Positions 29,942-40,113 of a stretch of DNA of 55,190 nt are shown here, piece after piece (position 1 is the first letter of the stretch; every line of letters begins with the position of its first letter). The translations under genes and the position numbers were made by a program. Origin of the DNA: an uncultured Staphylococcaceae bacterium. GTDB lineage: Bacteria > Bacillota_I > Bacilli_A > RFN20 > CAG-826. The notes beneath the pieces are model-generated. The model had not been told where the DNA came from and ran no database searches. It saw only the letters and a program-made list of their open reading frames with translations. The DNA lies in NCBI GenBank assembly GCA_964416025.1, contig CAYQCJ010000004.1, positions 1-55,190 of the forward strand, in the 5' to 3' direction.

Positions 29942-30634
29942 TTAAAGGTCATTTTTATTATTTTTATTAATTTTTCTTCTTGTTAATGAAGCAGGTAAAT
30001 ACAATAAACAAGAGATGCCATAATCTCCACCAATTATTACAATTATCCAAATAATTGACATATATACTGGTTGAGAATTAACTTCTAAAAATGGATAAGG
30101 AGCTGTAATTAAATTACTAGCAACAAGACTAATAATGATGATTGCATAGATAAAAGTAGGTATTAAAGGATAAAGAGTTTCTTTAAATTTAGTCTTCAAA
30201 TCAACTTCAAATAAAACATAAGAAATAATCGATAAAACAGGGCATAAAAAATGATGATATAACATCGATCCATGAGTTAAAAACATCCAATAAGCACCAG
30301 CTTGTTGTGATTCATAAATTGGTCCTAAAACTGTGATCACAACAATAAAAGTCAATGCTAAACAAGTTGTTGAAACATACTTTAATATCGATAACCAATG
30401 AGGTATTTCACTCTTTTTATAAACAAAGAATTGAATAAGCATTGTAACTATAAAAATTAACGAAGTGGCCCAAGCAAGTAGATTGCTATCTTGGGTATAA
30501 TAAGTAAAATATCCAGAAGGATCAAAACTAACCGTTTGAATTAGGGCCACTATTTCAAAAACAATAATTAATAAATTGATTCCGAGAGCAAAAAACATTT
30601 TATTTCTCACATTAAAAAACTTTGTATTTAACAT
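29942..30634 (-). CDS. Integral membrane protein (Pr6Pr/YwaF-like)
   Basis: About 6 TM; YYTQDSN, LYHHFLCP, PYPFL motifs. Confidence 0.7.
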   Translation of the reverse strand: MLNTKFFNVRNKMFFALGINLLIIVFEIVALIQTVSFDPSGYFTYYTQDSNLLAWATSLIFIVTMLIQFFVYKKSEIPHWLSILKYVSTTCLALTFIVVITVLGPIYESQQAGAYWMFLTHGSMLYHHFLCPVLSIISYVLFEVDLKTKFKETLYPLIPTFIYAIIIISLVASNLITAPYPFLEVNSQPVYMSIIWIIVIIGGDYGISCLLYLPASLTRRKINKNNKNDL

Positions 30635-30686
30635 AACTTCACCTCAACTCAGTAATTATAAAACACATCTTAAAATCGCAAAAGAA

Positions 30687-31556
30687 TTATTTATAGGCGA
30701 TTTTAAGTCTTTCTAAAGAATCAATAAAATATTGTTTAGACCAATTTAATAATGAATTTTGTTCTTCAATAAAGTCTTTTACATCGTTCTTTGCTTCTTC
30801 ATAATCAATTACGTTAAATTTATCGGTTAATAATTGTTTCAATAAATCCAAATCTAATATAGTAAATTGTTCAATTAATTTGGCCTTAATCAAATTATTT
30901 TCTAAATATTTTAAATTTATAGAAGCGCCTTTACCTATGTAAAATAGATAATCATACAAGTCTCTTCCTTTAACTCTATTTTTCCAAGGCCTAGATAAAA
31001 TGGCCGAAATCTTTCCAGCAAACAAAGACGGAATATCTAAAGTTTTAACATCGCCAAAAAATGGCTCACTCACATTCAACCAAGAATAATTGGCGCCATA
31101 TGGTGGTTCAATATCTACCTCAAACTTTACTTTTATAAGTGAATTGTGATTAATATTTTTAATCTTCATATCTGGAAAAAGAACTGTAAGAGTTTCAATA
31201 GTGTTTTCTTTTAAGAAAGCGCTTCTTGTATCACTAGCAACAATTTTTTCTCTTTGTTCTAGAGTTATTTTTAATCCGTAAATATCGAATATTTTTTTAA
31301 TTTCTTGAAAATATCTATCCCAAGAGAATTTTTCATCTTTTGCAATTAAACAAAAATCTAAATCTTCCGAAAATCGTGGTAAACCATAAAAAATTCTTAA
31401 ACAAGTACCGCCATAAAAGGCAGCATTAGAGAAAAAATTTGTCTTAGCTAATGAAGCTAAAATAGTTTCTTGAACCACTTCTTTAATTTTGTTTTCTAAT
31501 TCAACATCGTTGCGCGGATTTTTAGATAAGACCATTTCAGTTAATTTGTTGTTCAT
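30687..31556 (-). CDS. abiEii: AbiEii-family nucleotidyltransferase (type IV TA toxin)
   Basis: AFYGGTCLRIFYGLPRFSEDLDF, KGRDLYD; start reassigned to MNNK after GGAGA. Confidence 0.9.
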   Translation of the reverse strand: MNNKLTEMVLSKNPRNDVELENKIKEVVQETILASLAKTNFFSNAAFYGGTCLRIFYGLPRFSEDLDFCLIAKDEKFSWDRYFQEIKKIFDIYGLKITLEQREKIVASDTRSAFLKENTIETLTVLFPDMKIKNINHNSLIKVKFEVDIEPPYGANYSWLNVSEPFFGDVKTLDIPSLFAGKISAILSRPWKNRVKGRDLYDYLFYIGKGASINLKYLENNLIKAKLIEQFTILDLDLLKQLLTDKFNVIDYEEAKNDVKDFIEEQNSLLNWSKQYFIDSLERLKIAYK

Positions 31557-32127
31557 CGTTATCTCCAATCATTTTTAAAAGCAAATTAGTGTTTTTGCAT
31601 TTGTATTTTGGCAGCAAAAATCTAAGATCTTTTTTCGAAAGTTTATTAAACTCATATATATCAATTCTTAAATCCACAAATAGCAAATTCTTTAGTATCT
31701 TAAGTGAAGATACAGGTTTTAAAGTATACAAAAAATCAGCTAAAGCTTTTTCTTTGCTTGCAATTTGAACTCCATTTTCTATAGTTGTAACACCAAAAGG
31801 AAAACATATTATTGGTATATTTTGATACCTATATAATCCGAAGGGTGTTTTGTATTGTTTTGATTTATGTTTTCCAGTAATTGCGCTAGTAATCAAATAT
31901 ACTCTTTCAGGAATTAAACCATAAAAAGACAAGGCATAATCAAAAGAAATGTAACTTGGGCGAATTATTGCATTAGCAATTTTTTTAATATCTTCATTTG
32001 TATTGTCTGAATACAAATTTCGGCAAATTCTAATTAAGCGACCGCTCAAAATTTCTGTTTCAATCTTACTATGTAAATTAGAATAATCTTTAAATTTATC
32101 ATTTAAATATTTAGTATTAAAAATCAC
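31537..32127 (-). CDS. abiEi: AbiEi-family antitoxin / transcriptional regulator
   Basis: LIRICRNLY, PSYISFDYALSFYGLIPE, IASKEKALAD; overlaps abiEii. Confidence 0.9.
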   Translation of the reverse strand: MIFNTKYLNDKFKDYSNLHSKIETEILSGRLIRICRNLYSDNTNEDIKKIANAIIRPSYISFDYALSFYGLIPERVYLITSAITGKHKSKQYKTPFGLYRYQNIPIICFPFGVTTIENGVQIASKEKALADFLYTLKPVSSLKILKNLLFVDLRIDIYEFNKLSKKDLRFLLPKYKCKNTNLLLKMIGDNDEQQIN

Positions 32128-32200
32128 GTTTTTGCTCCACTAACATCAGTATAACTGATTTATTTGGAGCAAACAATATCAAAATATCGTAATAAAATAA

Positions 32201-32680
32201 TTATTTTTTAATTGCATCAATAAATTGATCTTCACATAAACGATATAAATACCACTCATTCATTTGTTTTGCTCCAAGTGAATTATAGAAATTAATACTA
32301 TTCTCGTTCCGCTTCAAACAAGTCCACTCAAGACGACCTGCACCCATCTTTATAGCTTCATTAATAACTTCTTTAAATAAGGCCTTTCCATAACCTTTAT
32401 GTCTTTCATTTTCATCAACATAAAAGTCTTCTAAATGGATTCCGGCTTTGCCATTAAAAGTCGAAAAATTATAAAAATACAATGCAAAGCCCACTTCTTT
32501 TTGATTTTTAACAACAAAAATAACTTCACATAAATGTTTATCAAAGAGCCATTCTTTAAGAGATTTTGTAGTAGCAACAACCTCAGATTCTAGATGCTCA
32601 TAAACAGCAATTTTATTTATAAAAGATAATACTAATTCAACATCATTTATATAGGCTTTTCTAAAGGTAATTTCATTCAT
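32201..32680 (-). CDS. GNAT acetyltransferase (spermidine/spermine N1-acetyltransferase-like)
   Basis: FYNFSTFNGKAGIHLEDFYV...RHKGYGK, RLEWTCL, FYNSLGA. Confidence 0.9.
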   Translation of the reverse strand: MNEITFRKAYINDVELVLSFINKIAVYEHLESEVVATTKSLKEWLFDKHLCEVIFVVKNQKEVGFALYFYNFSTFNGKAGIHLEDFYVDENERHKGYGKALFKEVINEAIKMGAGRLEWTCLKRNENSINFYNSLGAKQMNEWYLYRLCEDQFIDAIKK

Positions 32681-32785
32681 AAAAGTATATTAACACAAAA
32701 ATAGTTATATATTAAAAACAACATACTTAATGTATTAACTGTTTCATAACAATTTCCAAAATCAATTATAAAAATTTTTTTAACA

Positions 32786-34771
32786 TTAATGCATGTTCTC
32801 TGTATTTTTAATGTCATCTACAAATATAATTTTTTTATAAAATGTTTTTTCTAAATTGTTTTCGTTAGTTGCTGGTTTTCCATTGATACCAACTGTAATT
32901 TCAGTACTTACATTCTTAATAAATTCCTTTTTTGTTCCTGGATAAACCAACTTTTTAAAAGGATTAAAATTATTATTTTCAGGTAAATTGACACAAAGTG
33001 TTTTCAATGTTTTTGGTAAATAATACACACAAGACAAAAATTTATGTAATGAACGCATATCAATATTTTCGCAAGATTCACTAAATATAAACTTTTTAAG
33101 AGTTCTATTTTTGGTACTACAATATGCGCAATTAAAAGCAAACTCTTTTGGAACTTCGAAATCATGCATTTGTGGATTGAAACCAAAAATTATGTTTTTT
33201 TCTTTACTATTTACATCTATATTTTGAAATAAAACACCTTTAAAAGAACTAAAGCACTCATTTCCTTCTTCAACTTCATATGTCGTAACATATTTAAATA
33301 CATTTTTAAGAATTATCTTCGTTTGTTTAAATATTTTTAAAGGTGTTTTAATTTTATCCACTACTCCAACAACTTCATTTTTATCTTTCGTATAAATATA
33401 GTTATTGACTTGTATATATCGATTATTATCAATACTATGACCACAATAAATCTCAAAATCTTGATACCATCCCCATTTGTGTTTCAAATATTTTGAAAGA
33501 AATATTTTTCCGGTTGGAGAATAAAGACCTAAACGAGCCTCATCGCATAGAGTAACTTTATTTGGAAAAATACATTTTTTCTTATAATCTTTTAAGTTAT
33601 TATTTTTAATGCTTTTCGGAAGAACAGATACTAAATTATCGCAATAATTAAAAGAATTATAGTATGAAGATTTTAAGTTATTTGGTAAGAAAACAACCTC
33701 TAAATTGGAATTAAAGAATGCATATTGAGCGATGTATTGAACTGAATCAGGAACATTATAAACATTTTTATTTCTTCCAAAATAATAAAAAAGAGTTTTC
33801 ATGTCTTTTGTATATATAGCATCATCAAAAACTTTATATTTATTATTATTTTGCCTAATTTTTATGTTTGATATATTCACATACCCTTTATTTGTATAAT
33901 TTTGTTTTAAAAAATCTAAATTCTTTAAACTATTTGGAATAGTAACATCACTATTATTAAAGATAATATTTACTTTCTTATCAATATATTTAATATTTGA
34001 ATTGCTGAATTCGGTTGAATCTAAACATAAAGTAAATTTACTATTTCGTTTTTTATTTTGAGTTATAGCTTCTAAACTTTTAGGGATTTTACCTATCTTT
34101 ATTGTTGTTCCCAGATTTAAATTAATGGGGTTTACATATAGCACTTTAACATGATCATTTATTCTAATTTCGTTATTTTCAAAAATACAAAACATTTTTG
34201 TTTTATCTCTTGAATAAATTCCGTATTCATCCATACAAAGATATTTATTATCTGGATCAATAATAATATTTTCTCTATTAAGATACTTATTAGGTCCATC
34301 AAAAGTAATTGTTTTAATATTTTTATTTATAAATAAGACATCTATTTTTTCGTCCTGCAATTTATTTAAATTTATTTCTACCTTACTAATTGCTTTATAT
34401 CCTATTAACATTGGAATAATAATCGGTGATTTATTTGGGGTCAGATAGCATTTATTATTTTCGTATGTTGACGAGCAAAAGAAATCAGTTTCGTTATTTG
34501 TTAATTGTAAACGAGTTTGCATACGATAATAATTTAACTTCATATGATATTCATCATAAATTGACATTTTGGCAGTTAAATATTTAATAATTTTATTATT
34601 TTTATATATTAGGCACTTTACTATATAATCCCCAATTTCGCGTTTATTGTTGCCAATATATTTAAAGAAGTATTCAGAGACAGTCGGGCCTTTAATAAGA
34701 ATAGAGTGTTCCTTTCCATCATAAATAAATATCTTATTTACGAATGTGAAATTTTCAAAAACCATTGCCAA
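32786..34771 (-). CDS. Degenerate BspA-like LRR protein without signal peptide, 661 aa
   Basis: YNVPDSVQYIAQYAFFNSNLEVVFLPNNL, DDAIYTKDMKTLFYY; N-terminal YDGKEHSI..G segment; no hydrophobic leader. Confidence 0.65.
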   Translation of the reverse strand: MAMVFENFTFVNKIFIYDGKEHSILIKGPTVSEYFFKYIGNNKREIGDYIVKCLIYKNNKIIKYLTAKMSIYDEYHMKLNYYRMQTRLQLTNNETDFFCSSTYENNKCYLTPNKSPIIIPMLIGYKAISKVEINLNKLQDEKIDVLFINKNIKTITFDGPNKYLNRENIIIDPDNKYLCMDEYGIYSRDKTKMFCIFENNEIRINDHVKVLYVNPINLNLGTTIKIGKIPKSLEAITQNKKRNSKFTLCLDSTEFSNSNIKYIDKKVNIIFNNSDVTIPNSLKNLDFLKQNYTNKGYVNISNIKIRQNNNKYKVFDDAIYTKDMKTLFYYFGRNKNVYNVPDSVQYIAQYAFFNSNLEVVFLPNNLKSSYYNSFNYCDNLVSVLPKSIKNNNLKDYKKKCIFPNKVTLCDEARLGLYSPTGKIFLSKYLKHKWGWYQDFEIYCGHSIDNNRYIQVNNYIYTKDKNEVVGVVDKIKTPLKIFKQTKIILKNVFKYVTTYEVEEGNECFSSFKGVLFQNIDVNSKEKNIIFGFNPQMHDFEVPKEFAFNCAYCSTKNRTLKKFIFSESCENIDMRSLHKFLSCVYYLPKTLKTLCVNLPENNNFNPFKKLVYPGTKKEFIKNVSTEITVGINGKPATNENNLEKTFYKKIIFVDDIKNTENMH

Positions 34772-34784
34772 TCCCCCTTTAATT

Positions 34785-36023
34785 TTAATTTTTATCTAAA
34801 AATACATATTCTCCAACAGTTGGTTTATTATTTATTTTGTCAGTAAAAACATATAGTAAAGAACGGTCTTTTATCGTTTGACTAGAAACAAAATTGCTAC
34901 AACCATCTGTTAGAATAATCACTTTTTTAATATCATCTATACTTTCTTTTTCCATATACTCAAAAATACATTTATAAGATGTTCCTCCACGCCCCACACA
35001 TTTAATTTTGTTAATATTAAAATTATCATTAATTTCATAAAAACCATGTAAAACACAATCAAAGATTGCTAAGTAACCTTTTAAATGCCCATTATATTGT
35101 TCAATTGCACTTTTGACTTCGAAATAACACTTAGAAATATCAGCAATATCCATCGATCCAGAAGTATCAATCGCGAACAATATCCCAATAGGCACTTCTT
35201 CTTTTTCACTATAAGAAGGGAGAAGAATATCTGAATCTTGAAATCTTTTATCTGGATTTAAAAACGAATAATCATTAATCTCATCACTTATATAATTATT
35301 TAAAATAATGCGCCAATTCACAGGATTTTTGGTAATATTTTGCAGTTCTTCTTGTAAATTTAATGGTAAATTACCGCATTCTTTACTGTTCTTATATGCA
35401 CTATTTAATCTTTCATTAAAATAATCTTTGTAGTTGTTAATGTTCTTTCGAATCTCATCCCATAATGAATGGTCATCAATCTCTCTTTTTTGTAAATTGG
35501 CGAAATCGGCATTCATATACTTTGAAGATGATTCGTTTTTAATACTGAGCAAGACATCATATATTTGCTCACTAGACTTATTATCTGAAGGAATGTCTAT
35601 GCCTATACTTTTCAGCGAATACATCAGCGAATGTCCGTCAATAGATATAGAGGAACGATCATTAGAGTACATAGTCAATATAGTTTGGTTTACTTTTATA
35701 TCACAAGCGATATTGTATAGAAAATTGTTTTTACCAATACCTCTTTCTATATGATTAAAAGCGATATGCATTACTTCATGAAGCAAAACAAATTGAAGCT
35801 CATTTTCAGTTAATTTATCTAAAAATTTAGGATTAAAATATAGATTGATTCCGTTTGTTGCTGCTGTATCAATATTATCAGTCAATTCTTGTTTTAGAGA
35901 TAAAGCGATAATGCCAAAAAAACCAAAATTAATAATGAGTTTAGTGATTGCTTTAGAAAGCTTTTTAATAATTTTGCTGTTGTTAAAATCTTCATTCACA
36001 AAGAAACTCCTCAATTTGTTCAT
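34785..36023 (-). CDS. Putative metallopeptidase + vWA-domain protein (DUF2201-like)
   Basis: TAATNG, LHEVMHIAFNH (HExxH), IDTSGSM MIDAS, GRGGTSY, LTDG. Confidence 0.9.
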   Translation of the reverse strand: MNKLRSFFVNEDFNNSKIIKKLSKAITKLIINFGFFGIIALSLKQELTDNIDTAATNGINLYFNPKFLDKLTENELQFVLLHEVMHIAFNHIERGIGKNNFLYNIACDIKVNQTILTMYSNDRSSISIDGHSLMYSLKSIGIDIPSDNKSSEQIYDVLLSIKNESSSKYMNADFANLQKREIDDHSLWDEIRKNINNYKDYFNERLNSAYKNSKECGNLPLNLQEELQNITKNPVNWRIILNNYISDEINDYSFLNPDKRFQDSDILLPSYSEKEEVPIGILFAIDTSGSMDIADISKCYFEVKSAIEQYNGHLKGYLAIFDCVLHGFYEINDNFNINKIKCVGRGGTSYKCIFEYMEKESIDDIKKVIILTDGCSNFVSSQTIKDRSLLYVFTDKINNKPTVGEYVFLDKN

Positions 36024-37095
36024 AGTCTTCTTGGAATATTGGATTCAGGAGCAATTTATTGATAATGGCATCACACAACATTAAGTCTCTTATAATTTTA
36101 GCTTTAAATTCCACCGGTAAATCCCCAATAAATTGAAGTGCGTTATTAACTTTAAAATTATCTTCGATATTATTAATAATCGCAATCGTTATAGAACTTA
36201 CAAGAGCATATAAAGTAGAAACATCCTTTGGTATTTCAACTTTATCACCATTAAGGATGTCAGCTATACTTGGAAGATTTTTATAAATTTTAATATATGT
36301 TAGAAATTCAACATAGACACCAGTTGATATCAAACCTTTAATAAGCAAAGCATTACTATTAATATCTTTTTTACTATTATTCAATATGTTACTTACTATC
36401 TCCCAACTTCTAGGAGTAGCAAATACTAAAGAATCATTACTAGAATCAAAAGTATTAAGTAGTTCGGGCCTAAATGACAAAAAACCCAGCACTTTCTCAT
36501 TAATATTATGGTTAATAGCCCATTTTTTCCACGATTCAAAATCTATATCAACTTCAAAATGAAGAAATCTGTTGCTTAAAGCTTTGGGCATTTTATAGAC
36601 TACAGATTTATCAGTTAACCTATTACCAGCTGCAATAATTAAGCAATTCTCAGGAAGTTTATGCTCCCCAATTTGTCTATCGAGAGTAATTTGGTAAGCA
36701 GCACTTTGAACAGATTGCGGAGCTGAAGATATTTCGTCAAGGAATAATATATTGATGCAATCACTACTAGGATTCATATCAAATATTTTAGGTCTTAACC
36801 AAATAGCAAATTGTTTATTCACATCTGCAACAGGAATTCCTCTTAGATCAATAGGATTAAATAAGAGAAGTCTAACATCAGTAATTACTACTCTTTTTTT
36901 AGTGTTTTTTTTCAATAACCCCTGCAATTCCCAAACGCTTTGGCTTTTTCCAATGCCGGGTTGTCCCCATAACATTACAGCCGGAAAATCTTTTAAAGGA
37001 ATCCTTTCATTGATATATGTCGAATAAGTTTCGCTCAAAGTATCAATAATTGTACCAATCGATTCACACCCCATTTCTTTTAATTCTTTTGCCAT
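35992..37095 (-). CDS. MoxR-like AAA+ ATPase
   Basis: WGQPGIGKS, DLRGIP, LFLDEI, AAGNR, ALSNRF, TPRSW; start reassigned to MAKELK. Confidence 0.9.
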   Translation of the reverse strand: MAKELKEMGCESIGTIIDTLSETYSTYINERIPLKDFPAVMLWGQPGIGKSQSVWELQGLLKKNTKKRVVITDVRLLLFNPIDLRGIPVADVNKQFAIWLRPKIFDMNPSSDCINILFLDEISSAPQSVQSAAYQITLDRQIGEHKLPENCLIIAAGNRLTDKSVVYKMPKALSNRFLHFEVDIDFESWKKWAINHNINEKVLGFLSFRPELLNTFDSSNDSLVFATPRSWEIVSNILNNSKKDINSNALLIKGLISTGVYVEFLTYIKIYKNLPSIADILNGDKVEIPKDVSTLYALVSSITIAIINNIEDNFKVNNALQFIGDLPVEFKAKIIRDLMLCDAIINKLLLNPIFQEDYEQIEEFLCE

Positions 37096-37402
37096 TAATA
37101 TTTTTCTCTCTTTCTTAAGATAATAATAAAGATTAAAGTAAATTAATTTTTTTAGATTATTAATCAACCAACTAGGATAGTAATTTTCGCCTCAGTCTTC
37201 TCGGTGAGGCCTTCTGCCATATAACATATCATTCACCTATTTCTATGCAATTTTATACATTATTTTCGAATAACCCATATGGATTAGGTCATCAAATCTT
37301 TTAAATTATATGAACTTCCCATTATTGTTCTACACGCCCCGGGAAGTTTTTTTAGGGAGCAATTACGCTATTTAAATAAATTTTACCTCACCTTCATCTC
37401 AT

Positions 37403-38662
37403 CTATTTCTTTTCGTTTGCTAATGCGGTAGCTTCTTTTTGCATAACTGGTAAGCTTTCTTTTAACCCACCATTTCCAGAAGCGTAAAGCTCATTAGCGT
37501 ATTCTAATAACTCTTTTTTGTGTTGTCTCAGATAACGCATCACTTTTTTCTCTCTTTTATTGACTATTTTAAATATGCCAGTTTCACGTCTATTAAGCAT
37601 CTTTTGGCTAGCACATGAACTACCTTCATAGTAGTATTTTTTGCCATAAATCAGTGTGCGAGTTAATAGCCTATCAGCAAGGTCATGCGCCTTTATATTG
37701 TCGCTAAATGCACCAATTTCTATTTTTCCAAATATTATCTTTTCCGCACACTCACCACCTAGAATAATGTCAATCTTTTCGAATCTTTTTTCTACTGTGT
37801 CTTTCTTTTCATCAGTGTCGTAGATATTGGCAACACCACCGGTACTATTAAAGTTAGTCTTGAAACACTTAAAGTCTTTGCTATATTTCATACTCACTAG
37901 GTAATGCCCAGCTTCATGGATTGCTACATTATAATCCTTTTTGTTACTCGTATTAGACACATATTCATCTAGGACGATTCGAGAATACGACTTTTCTAAG
38001 TCTTCTAGACTTGCATTACTTTTGTGTAATAAATATGCATCGTTACATATTTGCTTGATATCAATGCAACTCACACCACAACAAATCAAGCTGATATATT
38101 TGATTTCATCTTCCTTTAGGTTGATACCAAGATTTGTTAGCATCTTCTTAAACAATAATCTTTTGGTATTCGTATCAGGCTTTTCGATAAAGATTCGACG
38201 ATCTATCCTGCCGTTTCTAAGTAAACTGCTTGGCAATTCTAATGGGTCTCGGTTTGTTGCTGCTATTGAGAAAACTATTCCACTATTGTTATACCCATCT
38301 AATTCAGTCTGTAAAGCTCTTAGACATCTTTGATCGTTAGTAATAAGATGATCGATTTCATCGATTATTACGACTGCTTTTTTGCATTTTCTCGCGGCGG
38401 CATACTTATTAGTTATTTCACCATAAGTATCTTGGGTATTTTCAATTACGAATGTTTCGCAATTGAAAGCTTTGGCAAATTCTCTCATAATAAGAGTTTT
38501 GCCGCACCCTTGGTCTCCATAGAGTAATAAACCTCTTGGGAGACTGATTTTTTTATTGTTCAATAATTCATCATCATTAAACCATTCACATATCGTCCCT
38601 AATTCCTCTTTGACATCATCGTATCCAATTACGGTGTCCAAAAAACTATTATCAAGTTTCAT
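37403..38662 (-). CDS. Membrane-less FtsH-like AAA+ ATPase / M41 metalloprotease, copy 1
   Basis: GDQGCGKT, IIDEID, LLRNGRIDR, HEAGH, GAFSD; no TM segment. Confidence 0.85.
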   Translation of the reverse strand: MKLDNSFLDTVIGYDDVKEELGTICEWFNDDELLNNKKISLPRGLLLYGDQGCGKTLIMREFAKAFNCETFVIENTQDTYGEITNKYAAARKCKKAVVIIDEIDHLITNDQRCLRALQTELDGYNNSGIVFSIAATNRDPLELPSSLLRNGRIDRRIFIEKPDTNTKRLLFKKMLTNLGINLKEDEIKYISLICCGVSCIDIKQICNDAYLLHKSNASLEDLEKSYSRIVLDEYVSNTSNKKDYNVAIHEAGHYLVSMKYSKDFKCFKTNFNSTGGVANIYDTDEKKDTVEKRFEKIDIILGGECAEKIIFGKIEIGAFSDNIKAHDLADRLLTRTLIYGKKYYYEGSSCASQKMLNRRETGIFKIVNKREKKVMRYLRQHKKELLEYANELYASGNGGLKESLPVMQKEATALANEKK

Positions 38663-38739
38663 ATTTCTTGACCTCCTTAAAAATAAATTATTATTTATAA
38701 ACTGTATTAAGAATAAATTAGCAAACCAATGACTACTAA

Positions 38740-39279
38740 CTAATCATCAGCTAAGAACCTTTTCTTTAATTTCGTTGCCTCCTCTTTAATATTGTCTTCT
38801 AACGTTACATAAGTTCCATCATCTTTGAAGAATTTGCCATAACTCTTTGGGCCATCACTTTTCATTTGAGCATAGTTATTTTTGACTCTAGCTTCACTTA
38901 AGAATTCTTTATCTTGACAGATATCAAGACACTTAGTCATAAGATCTGTAACTTTTACCGGGCCTTTATCACTAAGTAAAAAATAACTCTTCAATAAGCG
39001 ACTACATATAAAAGAATGATTCATAGACCATCTTCTAAGTCTTACGTATTCACGAGAAACAGTATAATCTGTAGGATTATCTAAAGTAGTGAATTTAAGA
39101 ACATTCGAACTCATACTGTTATCATTAGAAGCATATCTTCTCGCTTCCCTAAGAAAGACTCTAGAGATATAGGATTTAACTAAGTTGTCTAAGGCCTTAT
39201 CTTGTTCTTCATGAGCTAACTCTAATGCAAGTTTGAATTTACCATAAGTTTCTTCATCTAATTCTATACTGATGTTCAT
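38740..39279 (-). CDS. Hypothetical protein with an N-terminal ribbon-helix-helix-like DNA-binding segment
   Basis: MNISIELDEETYGKFKLAL...ALDNLVKSYI pattern; GGAG RBS. Confidence 0.55.
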   Translation of the reverse strand: MNISIELDEETYGKFKLALELAHEEQDKALDNLVKSYISRVFLREARRYASNDNSMSSNVLKFTTLDNPTDYTVSREYVRLRRWSMNHSFICSRLLKSYFLLSDKGPVKVTDLMTKCLDICQDKEFLSEARVKNNYAQMKSDGPKSYGKFFKDDGTYVTLEDNIKEEATKLKKRFLADD

Positions 39280-39629
39280 ACTAAGCTCCTTTATAATAAA
39301 TGAACCAACGACGTGAAATAAAATGATATTTAGTATTTTTATTTTTTAGTGGATATTTATTTTTAGTTTTTATATTATATGCACTGATTTTTGATAAATC
39401 AACAAATTTAACATTATTTCACATATTTTTTAAATTTATACCTTGATTTACATCATTTAGTTTTTAGTAATATTTAGTAATATATTAAATTTTAAAGTGA
39501 TTAGGCACCAATAGACTTTTTTATTTAAATAGAGTAGGTCTGCTTCTTATTTAAGTTTTCATTATCTTAAAATAAGTACTTTGAATGCGGTTTCTAGAAT
39601 CCACACTTTATCAATCAATAATTATTCAC

Positions 39630-39941
39630 TTAATTAACAAGGATTGACTATTGCTTTTCTTTTTCTATATCATAAGCAAGTTCTCATAAAATTCTTGGTT
39701 CAATAAATTCTTATTCATCGTAAACAAAACACAGAAAAATATTAAACTATAGAACTCATTATCATTTTTGCAATGTATATAGGAAAAATCACCAATTTCA
39801 TAATTAATTAAAAATCTATATTATGACTTAAATTAAATATATCAACACTGCTTTTTGTTGTTTCATAAAGTATTTGGTTTCTCCAAAATGGATCTTCTTC
39901 ATTTACAACACAACTCATACATTTAAATATCTCATATTCAT
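39630..39941 (-). pseudogene. Decayed small ORF directly downstream of the S-box-like leader
   Basis: Strong RBS TAAGGAGG then ATG, but the frame stops after 6-8 codons; protein-like text continues in shifted frames (MSCVVNEEDPFWRNQILYETTKSS..., LINYEIGDFSYIHCKNDNEFYSL..., EFIEPRIL*ELAYDIEKEK). Confidence 0.45.
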
Positions 39942-39968
39942 GCCTCCTTATTTCTTAACATAAAGAGG

Positions 39969-40000
39969 AATATAAAAGCCCATCGTAATGATGGGCTTTA
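39969..40000 (-). terminator. Riboswitch expression-platform terminator
   Basis: AAAGCCCATC-ATTAC-GATGGGCTTT-TATATT; its 5' arm CCCAUCAUU is complementary to the aptamer 3' end AAUGAUGGG. Confidence 0.85.
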
Positions 40001-40019
40001 TTTAATAATTTAAACATAT

Positions 40020-40106
40020 CCCATCATTCAAGCTTTAGCACTTTGCTACATTGTAGTAAGTTGCTGACGGATCATCGGGCTTGCCCCTAACCGTTCTCTT
40101 TATGGT
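40020..40106 (-). ncRNA. SAM-I (S-box)-like riboswitch aptamer lacking P4
   Basis: Manual fold: P1 CCAU/AUGG, AAAGAG junction, P2a/kink-turn (GAACGG/CCGUC, GAUGA), P2b GGG/CCC with loop CAAG pairing to CUUG (pseudoknot), P3 AGCAACU/AGUGCU. Confidence 0.75.
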
Positions 40107-40113
40107 AATTCTT

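Noticed and set aside
37168-37402. Structured RNA between the FtsH-like gene and MoxR
   Set aside because: Only short inverted repeats (AACTTCCC/GGGAAGTT, GCCTCA/TGAGGC) with long loops; no recognisable family or expression platform
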